Source: Utricularia gibba
Lineage: Eukaryota; Plantae; Magnoliophyta
Length of the DNA stretch: 64,000 bases
Assembly: GCA_002189035.1 (NCBI GenBank)
Contig: NEEC01000017.1
Location: 1,364,001-1,428,000, forward strand
Direction: 5' to 3'
Position 1 is the first letter of the stretch. The number at the start of each line of letters is the position of its first letter. The notes beneath the pieces were generated by a model, which was not told the origin of the DNA, did not search any database, and saw only the letters and a program-made list of their open reading frames with translations. Shown here in pieces: positions 60,307-64,000 of the stretch. The position numbers were made by a program, and so were the translations under genes.

Positions 60307-63130
60307 ATGGATTCGTCGGTAGGGAGCCAGGTAACGCTTTTGGGGTGTAACTTGGGGTTTAGGGTTAGTTTGTTGTTCAGTCTTTGGAAGTGATTTTAGA
60401 AGAATTGCTTCCTCAGAATCATTTTAACGACAGGAAAGCATGTTAGTGTTACTGGGGTTAAGCGTTTTTTACTTTGTTGTGTGGTTTTTAGGAAGTGAGT
60501 AGAGTGGATGAAGGGGAATCGGCGACTGCGTTGAAGAATGGGGCGATTTTAGCGTCAAATGAGAGCGCATTCGACAATCCACTTCCTCTTGCTTCTTATG
60601 ATGACGATGACGAAGATGAAGAAGATATTAGGAGAGGAAGAAATGGGTTTCGTTTCAATGAAGAGGAAGTTGATGAGGATGAGGAGGAAGAAAGTGAAAA
60701 ATTGGGAAAACGGAAACGCTCTCGCACCGTTGAAATTAGAAGAGATTGCCCCTATCTCGACACAGTCAATAGACAGGTAGTGATAAGCTTCTGATTTTCG
60801 AGCCTGAAAGGATGGCATTGCCTTTTGCACAGCGCAAACATTGTACTGTAGGAATATTGACGTATTAAGTGTAGAATCTAATAGTTTAATTTGATGATGT
60901 TTCTCAAAAATAATAAACCCGGGCAGCTGGAAATTCATCTAAGAATTGTAGTTTCATTCTTATCTTATGCATTTGGTGAACTGAGGCATGACAAACCTTG
61001 GCGCGGCTATAAGCACCTTTTTTGTGTATTTCTACAGGTTTTAGATTTTGACTTTGAGAAATTCTGTTCAGTTTCGCTATCCAACCTGAATGTTTATGCA
61101 TGCTTGGTTTGTGGGAAGTATTACCAAGGGAGGGGCAACAAATCTCTTGCATATACTCACAGTCTTGAAGCAGGCCACCATGTGTACATAAACCTGCGAA
61201 CAGAAAAGGTTTACTGTCTTCCCGATGGATATGAAGTTGTTGACCCATCGCTTGATGACATTCGTCATGTCCTCTACCCCAGGTAATTTCCTTATCTTCG
61301 TTACTGACAGTTGGGTCAATTTTATTTGTTTTCTATACCTGGACTGTGGAGATGAGTGTGGCATTTGTACTTTCAATTTTTTTTTCTGTTTCTTTTATTT
61401 ATGTTTTTTATCATGTTTTTTTTTTTCTTGATCACAAGTGCATTTCCAGGTTTACAAGGGAGCAAGTTGAACAGCTCGACAAAAATAGGCAGTGGTCTAG
61501 GGCACTTGATGGCTCTGATTATCTTCCTGGAATGGTTTGATTTTTTTATGTATTTTTGTTCAGGTTGGAATTTGTCTTGTTATTCAAATTTTTTATTTTC
61601 TTTTTGTGATAGGTGGGCTTAAATAACATCCAAGAGACCGACTTCGTAAACGTCACAATACAATCTTTAATGCGTGTTACACCATTGAGGAACTTTTTTC
61701 TAATTCCAGAGAACTATCAGCACTGCAAATCTCAACTTGTTCATTCTTTTGGCGAACTGACTCGAAAGATATGGCATGCTAGGAATTTCAAAGGACAAGT
61801 TAGTGTTTGCAATCATTGAGTTCATTTTGCTATTTTCATTCTTTCTCTTGTCGATGAATTTAGTGTATTCTATTTTAACTTCTCAGTTCTTATGCAGGTG
61901 AGCCCGCATGAGTTTCTGCAAGCTGTCATGAAAGCAAGTAAAAAGAGATTTCAGATAGGCAAACAGTCTGATCCTGTCGAGTTTATGTCATGGCTACTCA
62001 ATACACTTCACGAGCAAATTAAAAGTTCGAAGAAAGGCCGTAGTGTTATTCACCAGTGTTTTCAGGTTTCTTTCTGTTTTTTTTTTCTGACACCATAAAG
62101 TGTCTTCATTTTTTTTTTTTTTTACGTTTCCTCTGTACTTGATGCAAATTGCTGTATCAGGGTGAACTGGAGGTTATGAAGGAGATCCAGATGGGAGGAG
62201 CTACTGATGGGCAAGATGGTGATTCAGTGAGAGGTGTATCTATTGAGACGAGCAAAATGCCTTTCTTGATGCTTGGTCTAGACTTGCCGCCCCCACCTCT
62301 ATTTAAGGACATCATGGAGAAAAACATCATTCCACAGGTTCTGCTTCAGTATGTCAGATGTTCTAATATTAGCACTAACAGAGACCTCATTCCTACAGCA
62401 TTAATATTTTCTCATTGCAATCTTAGACTACATTTGTTCAGAAATTTGCTTTATTGTGTTGTTTTATCAACCCTACAACTCTTTCAGGTTCCACTTTTGA
62501 ACATTTTGAAAAAGTTTGATGGTGAAACCGTCACAGAAGTCGTGAGGCCCCGTGTTGCAAGAATGAGGTATCTTGTGAAAAGGCTACCCCCATATCTGAT
62601 TCTCCACATGCGCCGATTTACAAAAAACAATTTCTTTATGGAGAAGAACCCCACTCTTGGTGAGCACCACTTCTCTGAATGGCTAAGCTGAGCCTACAAA
62701 AGAAACAGTGTGATTATACCATTTACTTGATTTTTGTTGCCTTTTTTCCCAAGTTAATTTCCCGGTGAAGAATCTCGAACTAAAGGACTACATCCCCCTT
62801 CCTGCACCGACCGGTAGTGACAAGCTGCGGACCAAGTATGATTTGATTGCCAATATAGTCCATGATGGGAAGGCAGGTGAAGGCTGCTACCGAGCCTTTG
62901 TGCAGAGAAAGTCAGAAGAGCTTTGGTAAAACTTCGCAATCTCCTTATCCCCAAAATCTCCAAGATTCAACTCTCTGTTCTCCTACTTGCTAATCAACCC
63001 AATCTTCTGTATGAAAATTATCATCTGCAGGTACGAGATGCAGGATCTTCATGTTTCTGAAACACTACCTCAGATGGTTGCGCTTTCTGAGGCCTACATC
63101 CAGATATACGAGCAGCAACAGCAGCAATGA
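60307..63130 (+). CDS. USP39: U4/U6.U5 tri-snRNP-associated protein 2 (USP39/Sad1)
   Basis: RRDCPYLDTVNRQ|VLDFDFEKFCSVSLSNLNVYACLVCGKYYQGRG (ZnF-UBP), VGLNNIQETDFVNVTIQ (Asp in place of the catalytic Cys, as is typical), and end LSEAYIQIYEQQ. ATG 60307 splices in frame. Confidence 0.95.
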
Positions 63131-63827
63131 GGTTCGTTTACGGTTCTAAGAAGTTGTCATCCGTAAGCAATGTTTGTGGATCAATTACAGATTGTGTTTT
63201 AGGCTATGAATTTTGGTACGTGTTGTAGAGCTCAGCCAGCTCTTTAGATGGCTGGGCTTGTAACCTGTGAAACGTTTGACGCCCACCGGGGGTGCTCGGA
63301 CACGGCGCTTCCGTGCGGCTGACTCGGGGACACTCCTACAATTGTTTTTCACCTTAGCATGCCTCCTGGTTCATACACTTTCGTCTTTGACAGCTAATAA
63401 TTTTTTTTCTTTATTTGAACTTTTATTATTCATATAATTCAATTAATTATGTATTTTAGTTATTTGTAACTAGATAAATATAATTAAAGTTGAAATTTGA
63501 TGTATAATTTTTAAATGTATTTAAAATAATATCATATTTGATTATTAGATTTAAATTAATAAAATAAAATAATAATTTGTGTAGGATAGGTCTCTTTTAC
63601 TAAGCATGCAATTCATATATGTTTTGAAAGAAAAATGTAGGTTTTGATAAAATATTTATGTATTATTCACAAAATATACTTAAAACATTCCTATAAATTA
63701 TAAAATATGCCTTAAATGATTTCATTATGCACGTGCTTTTAAAGGAAATATTTTGTTGCCACGTGCGTCATCACTTGCGCCTCAAAATGAATCTAGTCTT
63801 GTATTGAGGCAAGATGCAGACCTATAC

Positions 63828-63836
63828 GCGGCGAAA
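63828..63836. promoter_or_regulatory. E2F-type site, probably for a gene beyond the window end
   Basis: GCGGCGAAA (reverse complement TTTCGCCGC), near a G-box-like GCCACGTG and a short inverted repeat at 63774-63813. Confidence 0.4.
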
Positions 63837-64000
63837 CGTTCGCGACTTCCGTGTGCTTGTAAATCAGCGATGAGCCATAATAAATTGGATAGGGTTTTTA
63901 TAGTAATTGATTAATTTGGTAATCATGCCAAATAATTAGGGTGTCAATCAAATTACAATTTTGCCCATACTTCTCAAGCGAAAGGGTTGGGTTAATGACG

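Noticed and set aside
63259-63270. GGGCTTGTAACC, like the SRP (7SL) RNA Alu segment
   Set aside because: No USE/TATA promoter, no helix-8 motif and no downstream similarity.
1-64000. CRISPR arrays, rRNA, autonomous transposons or organellar insertions
   Set aside because: None seen. Repeats have no spacers, and there are no transposase, RT or integrase motifs.

Overview
Very gene-dense flowering-plant (eudicot-like) genomic window, not prokaryotic. About 20 recognisable protein-coding genes: TTC1-like TPR, YKT6, SGF11, TMEM208, CESA7, a DYW-PPR (MEF29-like), a conserved uncharacterised 7-exon gene, a glycine-rich protein, IBH1-like bHLH, ATL RING-H2, TrmO/TsaA, DGK, CAX, a MYB-less AS1/PHAN-like gene, a POL-like PP2C, pectin acetylesterase, an FHA protein, a Nudix hydrolase, a Pi21-like HIPP and USP39/SAD1. 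There is also one clear MIR156 hairpin on the minus strand, plus MITE-like elements and short tandem repeats. The best leads are: (1) an apparently non-coding minus-strand transcript carrying a miR171-complementary site with a 3-nt central bulge, the IPS1-type target-mimic architecture; (2) an AS1/PHAN-like gene that keeps the C-terminal coiled coil but has no MYB domain; (3) a spliced, hairpin-rich, ORF-poor locus behind an MSA+E2F cell-cycle promoter. Six genes carry apparent single-base deletions, five of them in homopolymers, so these are probably assembly errors rather than true pseudogenes. All identifications come from reading the sequence and recalling family motifs; no searches were run.
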